DNA of 64,000 bases from a virus (taxonomy: Duplodnaviria > Caudoviricetes): IMG/VR virus record IMGVR_UViG_3300020577_005315, positions 29,521 to 93,520 of that record; one strand, written 5' to 3'. Positions 28,271-35,439 of this stretch are shown in pieces. The notes under the pieces were generated by a model. The model had not been told where the DNA came from. It did not search any database and saw only the letters and a list, made by a program, of their open reading frames with translations. Positions within the stretch are counted from its first letter, which is position 1. Each line of letters opens with the position of its first letter. Both the position numbers and the translations under genes were made by a program.

Positions 28271-31200
28271 ATGGTTAAGCACAACAGCAAGCTGCCCACG
28301 ACCTGTGTGAAGCGCGACGGCGCCACCGTGCCTTTCGACGGCGAGAAGATCGTCAAGGCAATCCGTCGCTGCTTCGACAACGTCTGGGCGGACGAACGTA
28401 CTCTCGCGGACAAGAGCGTCGACGACGTCGTCGGCAACATCTACGGGCGGGTGCTCAATGTGATCGCGGCCCAGAAGGCCGACCAAGTCAGCGTGGAAGA
28501 CGTCCAACGGTTCGTCCTCCACGTCCTCTGGTCGGACAAGCTGTACGCCGCGGCCGAGCACTACCAGAACTACCGAGAGGACCGGCGTAAGGCCCGGTTC
28601 AACACGGCCGTGACCCCCGACCGCCTGGAAACGGTCAAGGCGGACCAGAAGCACTTCCCGACGGACCTGCAGTACTACCAGTTCATCGGAAAGTTCTCGC
28701 GCTGGCGGGACGCCGACCGCCGCCGGGAGACGTGGAAGGAGACGGTCACGGAACGGGTGATGCCCTGGTTCAAGGGCTTGCCCGGTGCCCAGCTCGAAGA
28801 CGCCGAGTGGAGCATGCTGCAGGACAGCATGTACAACCTCGAGTCGTCCCCGGCCATGCGGGTCGTGCAGATGGCCGGGCCGGCGCTGCAGAGGGAGCCG
28901 CTGGGATGCTACAACTGTCTGGGCGTCGAGACGGCGTTTATCACCCGTAATGGTGTGAAGACGTTTCGAGACTTCAAAGACGGCGACACTACCGTGGTGC
29001 TTACGCACACCGGCTCCTGGAAGAACGCTGTCGTTCGAAACTACGGCGTCCAGAAGCTCTACACACACCACATCAATCGCTCACGCACCAAAGTGACTGT
29101 TCGCGCCACGGCCAACCACCGCTGGGTGCTGAGTGACGGTAGTGTTCAAACCGGGCTCAAGGCGGGCGATAAGCTCCACTTGCCGCCGTGTCCGTCGATC
29201 AACTGGAACTACGACGCTGCAGAACCGCTGGAGAAGCTCTACTGGGCGTACGGATACGTGTACGGCGACGGTACCCGCGTCAAGAAGGACGGTGAGTACA
29301 CGTACTCGATGGTTCGTCTCTGTAAGAACGACCGTGGGTACCTTGAGCGATTCGAAGAGCTCGGTTTCGGCTCCAGTAATCCGTTGTCGTGTAAGGGCGA
29401 CCCGATCGTCTACACTGGTAGCTACCTCAAGACTCTCCCCGAGTTGACCGACGACTTGGGCGTGATCCGGGCTTTCGTACGCGGCTACCTGGACGCGGAC
29501 GGCGGTAGTGGTCACCCCCAGTCGCCGAACGACTTCTCCTGCATTCAGGTGACCGGCGAACAGTCTATCGAGTTCGTTCGACGCGTGTTTCCCGTCGCGG
29601 GCTACTACATCACGCGCGAAGAGGTTGTCGACAAGGACACCAATTTCGGTCCGCGCTCGGCTCTGACAATTCGGTTCGGACTGACGAACAACTTCGGCGT
29701 TGCGACGAACCGGTTCTACGGGTTGACGTCGAACGTCGAAGACGACGGTAGTCCGCCGGAAGAAGTGTGGTGTCTCGAGGTCGAAGACGACCACTCGTTC
29801 GTGCTCCCGTCAGGTGTCGTCACTGGAAACTGCGCTTATGCACCGATTGTCGACAGAACGTCATTCTCTGAACTCCTGTACGTACTCATGCAGGGGACGG
29901 GGATGGGGTTCTCAGTCGAAAACGACTACATCGACGAGCTGCCTCGCATCAAGAAGCAGCGTAACACCCCTCGGGAACGGATCGTCGTCCCGGACAGTAC
30001 TGAGGGGTGGTGCAAGTCGTACGACCGCTACCTGGAGCTCCTCTGGGACGGGCGTGAGGCGGACATCGACGTCTCGTTCGTCCGCAAGGCGGGCAGCCGC
30101 CTGAAAACTAAAGGCGGGAAAGCATCCGGTCCGGGGCCTTTCCTGGAGCTCTGCTCGTTCGCCAGCAATCTGTTCAAGTCGCGTCAGGGTAAGTACCTGA
30201 CCGACCTGGATTGTCACGACCTGGCCTGCATGACGGGTCGGATTGTTCAGGTGGGCGGCGTCCGTCGGGCGGCAGAGATCTCCTTGTCCGACCTGAACTC
30301 GCGGGCGATGCGGGACGCCAAGTCTGGCGCGTGGTGGACCAACAACCCGCAGCGGTCGATGGCGAACAACTCGGCCGTCTACGAGGAGAAGCCGGACTCT
30401 ACGACGTTCATGGAGGAGTGGCTGGCGCTCACCAAGTCCCGCAGCGGCGAGCGCGGTATCTTCAACCGGCAGGCCGCGCAGCTACACAAGCCTAAGCGTC
30501 GTAAGATGGTACGATTTGGCGTTAACCCGTGCGCGGAAATATTACTTTCGCCTCATGGTTTGTGTAATCTCAGTATGTGTATCGCACGTCAGAACGATAC
30601 CGCCGAATCGCTACGACGTAAGGTCCGTGCCGCCACATACTTCGGCAAGCTGCAGTCGCTGTGTACGAACTTCAATTACGTCCGGTCCGACTGGAAGCGT
30701 AACGCCGAAGAGGAGCGTCTCCTGGGTGTGGACATCACGGGTCAGGCCGACTGCCCCTTACTGAGGTTCAACTCTCAGACCGATCGGGCCGCTCTCCTCC
30801 GGACGCTCCAGGAGGAGGTCCTGTCAGTCGACCGGATGCTGGCCGAACGCTGGGGCATCAACGTCTCCGCGGCAGCTACGACCGTAAAGCCGGGCGGTGA
30901 CTCTGCGGTGTTCTTCGACTGCTCTTCGGGCGTGAGCCCGCGTTTCAGCCGGCACCAGATCCGGTGGGTGCGAGAGTCGAAGGACAGTCCCGTGGCCCGC
31001 TTCCTGATCGACAGCGGCGTTCCGCACGCCCCGGCCCCCGAGGCCCCGGATCGCCTACTGGTGTTCGGGTTCCCGAAGGCTGCCCCGACCGGCTGTACGC
31101 TCCGTGACGACATGACCGTGATCGACCAACTCGAGAACTGGCTGACGTGGAAGGAGAACTGGGCCGAACACTCCGTGTCCGCCACCATCTACGTCGGCGA

Positions 31201-31450
31201 CGACGAGTGGCTGACGGCCGGGAATTGGGTCTACAACCATTTCGACCAGATCACGGGCCTGTCGTTCCTTCCGCGGGACAACGGCACCTACACGTACGCC
31301 CCGAACGAGGAGATCGACGAGGCGAAGTACGGCGAGATGATGAACTCCTTCCCTGACCTCAACTGGGCGAAGCTGTCCGCCTACGAGGAGGAGGACATGA
31401 CCGAGGCCGCTATCACGTTCGCCTGCGTGGGCGGCGGCTGCGACAACTAA
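28271..31450 (+). CDS. nrdJ: class II (adenosylcobalamin-dependent) ribonucleotide reductase with ATP-cone, intein-interrupted
   Basis: ATP-cone VKRDG..VPFD; RRETWKETV, YN^C, LMQGTGMGFS, GGVRRAAEISL, NPCAEI, CNLS, TVKPGG, C-terminal ACVGGGC. Confidence 0.92.
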   Translation: MVKHNSKLPTTCVKRDGATVPFDGEKIVKAIRRCFDNVWADERTLADKSVDDVVGNIYGRVLNVIAAQKADQVSVEDVQRFVLHVLWSDKLYAAAEHYQNYREDRRKARFNTAVTPDRLETVKADQKHFPTDLQYYQFIGKFSRWRDADRRRETWKETVTERVMPWFKGLPGAQLEDAEWSMLQDSMYNLESSPAMRVVQMAGPALQREPLGCYNCLGVETAFITRNGVKTFRDFKDGDTTVVLTHTGSWKNAVVRNYGVQKLYTHHINRSRTKVTVRATANHRWVLSDGSVQTGLKAGDKLHLPPCPSINWNYDAAEPLEKLYWAYGYVYGDGTRVKKDGEYTYSMVRLCKNDRGYLERFEELGFGSSNPLSCKGDPIVYTGSYLKTLPELTDDLGVIRAFVRGYLDADGGSGHPQSPNDFSCIQVTGEQSIEFVRRVFPVAGYYITREEVVDKDTNFGPRSALTIRFGLTNNFGVATNRFYGLTSNVEDDGSPPEEVWCLEVEDDHSFVLPSGVVTGNCAYAPIVDRTSFSELLYVLMQGTGMGFSVENDYIDELPRIKKQRNTPRERIVVPDSTEGWCKSYDRYLELLWDGREADIDVSFVRKAGSRLKTKGGKASGPGPFLELCSFASNLFKSRQGKYLTDLDCHDLACMTGRIVQVGGVRRAAEISLSDLNSRAMRDAKSGAWWTNNPQRSMANNSAVYEEKPDSTTFMEEWLALTKSRSGERGIFNRQAAQLHKPKRRKMVRFGVNPCAEILLSPHGLCNLSMCIARQNDTAESLRRKVRAATYFGKLQSLCTNFNYVRSDWKRNAEEERLLGVDITGQADCPLLRFNSQTDRAALLRTLQEEVLSVDRMLAERWGINVSAAATTVKPGGDSAVFFDCSSGVSPRFSRHQIRWVRESKDSPVARFLIDSGVPHAPAPEAPDRLLVFGFPKAAPTGCTLRDDMTVIDQLENWLTWKENWAEHSVSATIYVGDDEWLTAGNWVYNHFDQITGLSFLPRDNGTYTYAPNEEIDEAKYGEMMNSFPDLNWAKLSAYEEEDMTEAAITFACVGGGCDN
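28916..29830 (+). mobile_element. intein (305 aa) with LAGLIDADG homing endonuclease
   Basis: Block A CLGVETAFIT, block B ATANHRW, LAGLIDADG-like AYGYVYGDG and FVRGYLDADG, block F VWCLEV, block G HSFVLPSGVVTGN|C. Confidence 0.92.
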
Positions 31451-31461
31451 GCGACAGGCTT

Positions 31462-31497
31462 CGACTCCGGGCTTCGACAGGGGCCTGGAGTCGTTTT
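31462..31497 (+). terminator. intrinsic terminator after nrdJ
   Basis: CGACTCCGGGC...GCCTGGAGTCG-TTTT. Confidence 0.65.
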
Positions 31498-31500
31498 ATG

Positions 31501-31545
31501 AAAAACGCGTGAAAAATTTGACACGCTTGCTCCGAGCAGTAACAT
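31501..31545 (+). promoter_or_regulatory. sigma70-like (early) promoter with upstream A-tracts
   Basis: AAAAA tracts, TTGACA (31518-23)-N16-TAACAT (31540-45). Confidence 0.6.
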
Positions 31546-31593
31546 GAGTCGTTAGTGAATTCCTTGCGACGCCTAGCAGATCGAGAGGAAGAC

Positions 31594-32205
31594 ATGCAGC
31601 TCGTAAGCGACTTTCGCGACTACTACGACTGGGCGTTTGACCGTGACGGGGTCGTGTTCGACAGGATGGCTCGTAACAGCGGTCCAAAGAAGGCTGCTCA
31701 GTTCAGCATCCTCCGCGACACACTCGGACACCTGACTCCGCCCGTCGGACCTGTAAACTGCGTACTCGGGACGAAGTGGCGGGGTAAGACGATCGACAAG
31801 GTCGTTGCCTACACGGACGACGCGGCTCACTGCGGCGAGGGTAAAGAGCTCGTCACACTAGACTCAGACGGCTGGCGGACCAACACTACGCTCTGTTCGG
31901 CGTATTTAGGTAAGCCGGGGCTGAGTTGGAGAAAACTACACGTAGGTCCGCACGTGTTCTGGATCGAGTACACGTCCACCGAGTCGTGGATGTCGAACGT
32001 GGGTGACGGAACGTGCGAAGTCATCGGCGTCGAGATGGACTTTGGCATCACAATATACCCGCTCCTGGCGATCGACTTCGTCCTGGACGACGAGATGTAC
32101 GCGGTGGACCTGAACGTGGCTCCGGGGATCAAAGGCAGCGGCGTCGAGAAGCTCCTCCCGGCTGAGCAGGTGGTCGAAGCGATCAGACGTTGGTGTGCTT
32201 GGTAA
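31594..32205 (+). CDS. compact RimK/LysX-like ATP-grasp protein
   Basis: SD GAGGA; HCGEGKELV loop, SWMSNVGDG (cf. RimK WRSN..GG), LLAIDFV, YAVDLNVAPG (cf. E.N..PG). Confidence 0.65.
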   Translation: MQLVSDFRDYYDWAFDRDGVVFDRMARNSGPKKAAQFSILRDTLGHLTPPVGPVNCVLGTKWRGKTIDKVVAYTDDAAHCGEGKELVTLDSDGWRTNTTLCSAYLGKPGLSWRKLHVGPHVFWIEYTSTESWMSNVGDGTCEVIGVEMDFGITIYPLLAIDFVLDDEMYAVDLNVAPGIKGSGVEKLLPAEQVVEAIRRWCAW

Positions 32206-32219
32206 AAAGGTGGTGTGTA

Positions 32220-32645
32220 GTGAGCGAGCACAGTCGAGTCACCGTGACGACGGCGGCGACGGACGCCGTCAACAAAGTGTGCAAGATCGAGGACGAGATC
32301 GTGTCCGAGAACTGGCTGCCGCCGGCGTGGGTGGCGGCCAAAGGCCCGCAGTTCCCGTCCGTACAGCCCGTCATGGTCCTCATGTGGCGGCACTGGTACG
32401 CGCTGGTGACCGCGGTGAAGGACAAGAGCGTTCGCTACAACACTTTACGGATCAGGGAGGCGCTCACCGACCTCGCAGCCGCGGCCATCAAGGGGGCGGT
32501 CGACCTGGACGCCATCGAACGTGGTGGCGGGCTGAGGGACGTCGACTCGCGTAAGGCCGGGGAACTGCTCACGTCCGTCAACCCGAGTGCCGTAGACTAC
32601 GACCTGACCGAACCACCGGACATCGAGTCCGATGCAGACGAGTAA
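32220..32645 (+). CDS. hypothetical protein, acidic C-terminus
   Basis: GTG 32220 after AAGGTGG; helical ORF. Confidence 0.55.
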   Translation: MSEHSRVTVTTAATDAVNKVCKIEDEIVSENWLPPAWVAAKGPQFPSVQPVMVLMWRHWYALVTAVKDKSVRYNTLRIREALTDLAAAAIKGAVDLDAIERGGGLRDVDSRKAGELLTSVNPSAVDYDLTEPPDIESDADE

Positions 32646-32651
32646 CGCATG

Positions 32652-32676
32652 ACCCCGGGGCGACCCGGGGTTTCTT
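32652..32676 (+). terminator. GNRA-loop hairpin / weak terminator directly before the DEEG array
   Basis: ACCCCGGG-GCGA-CCCGGGGT-TTCTT. Confidence 0.65.
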
Positions 32677-32691
32677 CGTTTAGGGGGTACG

Positions 32692-32910
32692 ATGCAGATA
32701 CAAAGGCACCTCCTGTGGGTGTCGGGACGTGGTGACGATGATAAGCTGATAATCGGGATGAATGTTTTAGTGTTTGGTGGAAAGTACAGCGAAGTCGTAA
32801 TCGACGCAGTGAAGTTCACGTACGAGGAGGTCACAACACTCGACGCCGACTGGTTTATCGATCACCTGCCGGAGTTCGACGGACTGTTCGTCTTTGACGA
32901 AGAGGGCTAA
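32692..32910 (+). CDS. DEEG-tag protein 1
   Basis: Ends DWFIDHLPEFDGLFVFDEEG*; SD AGGGGG. Confidence 0.85.
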   Translation: MQIQRHLLWVSGRGDDDKLIIGMNVLVFGGKYSEVVIDAVKFTYEEVTTLDADWFIDHLPEFDGLFVFDEEG

Positions 32911-32912
32911 CG

Positions 32913-33125
32913 ATGACTCGAACCAGCGAGCTGTCTCGGTGTCTCACGTATGACCACGAGTACTACTTCACAGTGATGAATCAATACGACTGGCACACTT
33001 GGTCTAGGATCACCGTGTCAGTCGACAGCCCGGAGTTGAACGGACACTGGATCCGGCACCTGACGGCGATTTGGTTGAATCTTCCCAGGAACGACGAACT
33101 CTACGCCTACGACGAGGAGGGGTGA
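32913..33125 (+). CDS. DEEG-tag protein 2
   Basis: Ends AIWLNLPRNDELYAYDEEG*. Confidence 0.85.
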   Translation: MTRTSELSRCLTYDHEYYFTVMNQYDWHTWSRITVSVDSPELNGHWIRHLTAIWLNLPRNDELYAYDEEG

Positions 33126-33127
33126 GC

Positions 33128-33358
33128 GTGTACTGCCGATCGAGGAGTCATAGCGATAGAACGGAGCTACTGTACAGATACCTACACAGTCTGACGGTGG
33201 CGGTAGACACCCGCTGTGGTAGAGACGTCGGCGTCGTCGTGTACGCGTTCAGTGGACGTGACCGCCGCGACGACACGCCCGAGACACAACAACTGACAGT
33301 ACTGTGGCGCGCTCTGCCCAGGGGAAAGAAGCTGTTCACCCCGGACGAGGAGGGTTAA
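33128..33358 (+). CDS. DEEG-tag protein 3
   Basis: GTG start 2 nt after the stop; ends VLWRALPRGKKLFTPDEEG*. Confidence 0.85.
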   Translation: MYCRSRSHSDRTELLYRYLHSLTVAVDTRCGRDVGVVVYAFSGRDRRDDTPETQQLTVLWRALPRGKKLFTPDEEG

Positions 33359-33360
33359 CC

Positions 33361-33555
33361 GTGTCGGTACGTCTCACTGGAATGTTCCGCTACTACGGCA
33401 CGACGTTGGTCGCCGTCGATAACGTCGTCAAGTGCGACGCCAACTTCATCGTATCACACGGTGGACCCGATGCGGCACAGGATGTAGAGTTCGATCGCGT
33501 ATGGAGACTTTTGCCACATCGGGGAAACCTGTTCACCCCGGACGAGGAGGGCTGA
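33361..33555 (+). CDS. DEEG-tag protein 4
   Basis: GTG start; ends RVWRLLPHRGNLFTPDEEG*. Confidence 0.85.
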   Translation: MSVRLTGMFRYYGTTLVAVDNVVKCDANFIVSHGGPDAAQDVEFDRVWRLLPHRGNLFTPDEEG

Positions 33556-33557
33556 CC

Positions 33558-33788
33558 GTGTCGACGTGTCTCATCAACATGTATCGCTATTACGGCACGA
33601 CGTCTTTCGTAAGAATGTATCGCTATTACCACATGGCGTCAGTCGCCGTCGATAACAACGTCACGTGCGACATCGACCTCATCACATCACACAGCGGATG
33701 CGTTGTGGCGTATGATACAAAGTTCGAACGTGTGTGGAGTAGTCTGCCACAGATGGAAGACCTGTTCACTCTGGACGAGGAGGGCTGA
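33558..33788 (+). CDS. DEEG-tag protein 5
   Basis: GTG start; ends RVWSSLPQMEDLFTLDEEG*; internal MYRYY duplication. Confidence 0.85.
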   Translation: MSTCLINMYRYYGTTSFVRMYRYYHMASVAVDNNVTCDIDLITSHSGCVVAYDTKFERVWSSLPQMEDLFTLDEEG

Positions 33789-33790
33789 CC

Positions 33791-33988
33791 GTGTCGACGT
33801 GTTTCATCAACATGTATCGCTATTACGGCACGCCGTCGGTCGCTGTCGACAGTTACGACAAGAATGACGCCGGCGTCATCACGTCACACAGTGGATACAG
33901 CTGCTCGGAGCGGGATACAGAATTCAACCGTGTGTGGAGACTTTTGCCGCAGATGAGTGACCTGTATGAACTGGACGAGGAGGGGTGA
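33791..33988 (+). CDS. DEEG-tag protein 6
   Basis: GTG start; ends RVWRLLPQMSDLYELDEEG*. Confidence 0.85.
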   Translation: MSTCFINMYRYYGTPSVAVDSYDKNDAGVITSHSGYSCSERDTEFNRVWRLLPQMSDLYELDEEG

Positions 33989-33990
33989 TC

Positions 33991-34248
33991 GTGTGCGGAA
34001 GCGTCGTATTGTCGGTGTTGAGAGAGGTTTGGGGCGGTGGGTGGTTTGGCATCCAACTGTGCATCGGGGACCACCCTCGGAGCGAAGTCTGGTCGATGCC
34101 GGCGATCAATTACGTAGACTTCCGACACACCCTGCCGGACTCGAGGTTGTTTCGTGAAGAAAGCGACGCCCGGCGCGGAACCTTCGTGAGGTTGGTCTTC
34201 GCGCTACCGAACCGGCGGGAGCTATACGTCTTCGACGAGGAGGGCTGA
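33991..34248 (+). CDS. DEEG-tag protein 7
   Basis: GTG start; ends RLVFALPNRRELYVFDEEG*. Confidence 0.85.
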   Translation: MCGSVVLSVLREVWGGGWFGIQLCIGDHPRSEVWSMPAINYVDFRHTLPDSRLFREESDARRGTFVRLVFALPNRRELYVFDEEG

Positions 34249-34249
34249 C

Positions 34250-34468
34250 GTGCGTCACGTGTACAGGATTCAAAGGGGGTACCCGGAGCAGTACAACGCG
34301 TTAGCTGTGTACACCACAACGCCAACGCCTAGTGTGGTGGAGGCCGCGGATCTGGCCGTACCGCACGTTCTCGGGTTGAGAACCGAGCGAATTAACGAAG
34401 TGTTGATGAAAATCTGGTGGAATCTACCCTGTACCGAAGAACTATACACCTACGACGAGGAGGGATGA
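34250..34468 (+). CDS. DEEG-tag protein 8
   Basis: GTG start; ends KIWWNLPCTEELYTYDEEG*. Confidence 0.85.
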   Translation: MRHVYRIQRGYPEQYNALAVYTTTPTPSVVEAADLAVPHVLGLRTERINEVLMKIWWNLPCTEELYTYDEEG

Positions 34469-34470
34469 CG

Positions 34471-34716
34471 GTGAGTCGAGAAATTGCGGACATGGCGAGG
34501 ATGTCCGACGCGAGCGGAAACGCGTTCACGTATGCGGCGATGGTCGTGTACAGGCCGGCGGACAACGAACGCGAGACGACACGGCACAAAACAATCATCT
34601 GCGTGAACAGCGTGAGATGGTCGACTGGTAATCACCGGTCAGGTTACAGGCTGAGAACGCTGTGGCGGAAGTTGCCGGACCAGGACGATCTGTTCACGTG
34701 GGACGGGGAGGGCTGA
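34471..34716 (+). CDS. DEEG-tag protein 9 (DGEG variant)
   Basis: GTG 34471 (or ATG 34465); ends TLWRKLPDQDDLFTWDGEG*. Confidence 0.85.
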   Translation: MSREIADMARMSDASGNAFTYAAMVVYRPADNERETTRHKTIICVNSVRWSTGNHRSGYRLRTLWRKLPDQDDLFTWDGEG

Positions 34717-34717
34717 C

Positions 34718-34945
34718 ATGATCCTGTGGATCGAGCGGTGTCACGGCTGGGCCATACTTACCGGCGCACGCTCCGGTCACCACCTGACGGTATGTCGTCG
34801 AGACAGTGGGGGAGGTTCGCGTTCCCGGACGCACATTTACGCGCCGAAGTCTATGGAACACAGGGACGTCGAACACGACTGGCAGCATCGTTGGTTCGAT
34901 CTACCCAAAGGTGGTGAACTGTTCACGTGGGACGAGGAGGGGTGA
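34718..34945 (+). CDS. DEEG-tag protein 10
   Basis: Ends HRWFDLPKGGELFTWDEEG*. Confidence 0.85.
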   Translation: MILWIERCHGWAILTGARSGHHLTVCRRDSGGGSRSRTHIYAPKSMEHRDVEHDWQHRWFDLPKGGELFTWDEEG

Positions 34946-34946
34946 C

Positions 34947-35165
34947 GTGCGTCAGACTTGGTTCCCTGTACGAGACTTCCGCGGTTACAATTACAATACC
35001 GCGCAAAATGAGGCGTTTGTAAGATTCTTTCACCCTTCACCGCCGTGGTGGCGAAAAGTGAACTGCGTCGTTAACGTGTTAAGCGTAAACATGACTAAGT
35101 TTAGGAGGATTTGGGAAATACTTCCTAACGGGTCAGCCCTGTTCGTTTACGACGAAGAGGGATGA
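34947..35165 (+). CDS. DEEG-tag protein 11
   Basis: GTG start; ends RIWEILPNGSALFVYDEEG*. Confidence 0.85.
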   Translation: MRQTWFPVRDFRGYNYNTAQNEAFVRFFHPSPPWWRKVNCVVNVLSVNMTKFRRIWEILPNGSALFVYDEEG

Positions 35166-35439
35166 GAACAAAATGAAAATAGTAAGTTCACCAACTTACT
35201 AAACTATGCCCTAAAAAACACCCCAAATCGGGGTGTCGGAGCCGTCGATATATTGCAGCTGTCTTTCTTCTTCTTCTTCTTCTTAAGAAATATGGTTAAG
35301 AAGAAGAAAGCCGTGTCTTTTTCCTCAAAGCAGGAAAAAGACACTACAGAGTTACGGAAAATCGCCCCAAAACGAACCTCCAAGGATATGTTATCTATAC
35401 CTGGCGCTGCGCGCTCCGCAGTGCGGACTGGATGCGAGG
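35166..35439. other. AT-rich non-coding region with (TTC)6 tract and 13-bp inverted repeat; candidate origin/regulatory region
   Basis: Largest intergenic gap in the window; TTCTTCTTCTTAA (35274-86) / TTAAGAAGAAGAA (35296-308); CAAA-N15-CGTCGATATATT at 35224. Confidence 0.45.

Larger units (their letters stand above)
32692..35165 (+). repeat. tandem array of 11 small ORFs sharing a C-terminal (W)xxLPxxxxL[FY]xxDEEG* tag
   Basis: All 11 end GAC-GRR-GAG-GGN-stop; each of the first 10 is followed after 1-2 nt by the next start. Confidence 0.95.

Noticed and set aside
32692-35165. DEEG array as a CRISPR array, integron or DGR target
   Set aside because: Units are 200-260 bp open reading frames with synonymous variation in the repeat; no palindromic attC-like sites, and no cas, integrase or reverse transcriptase gene in the window.
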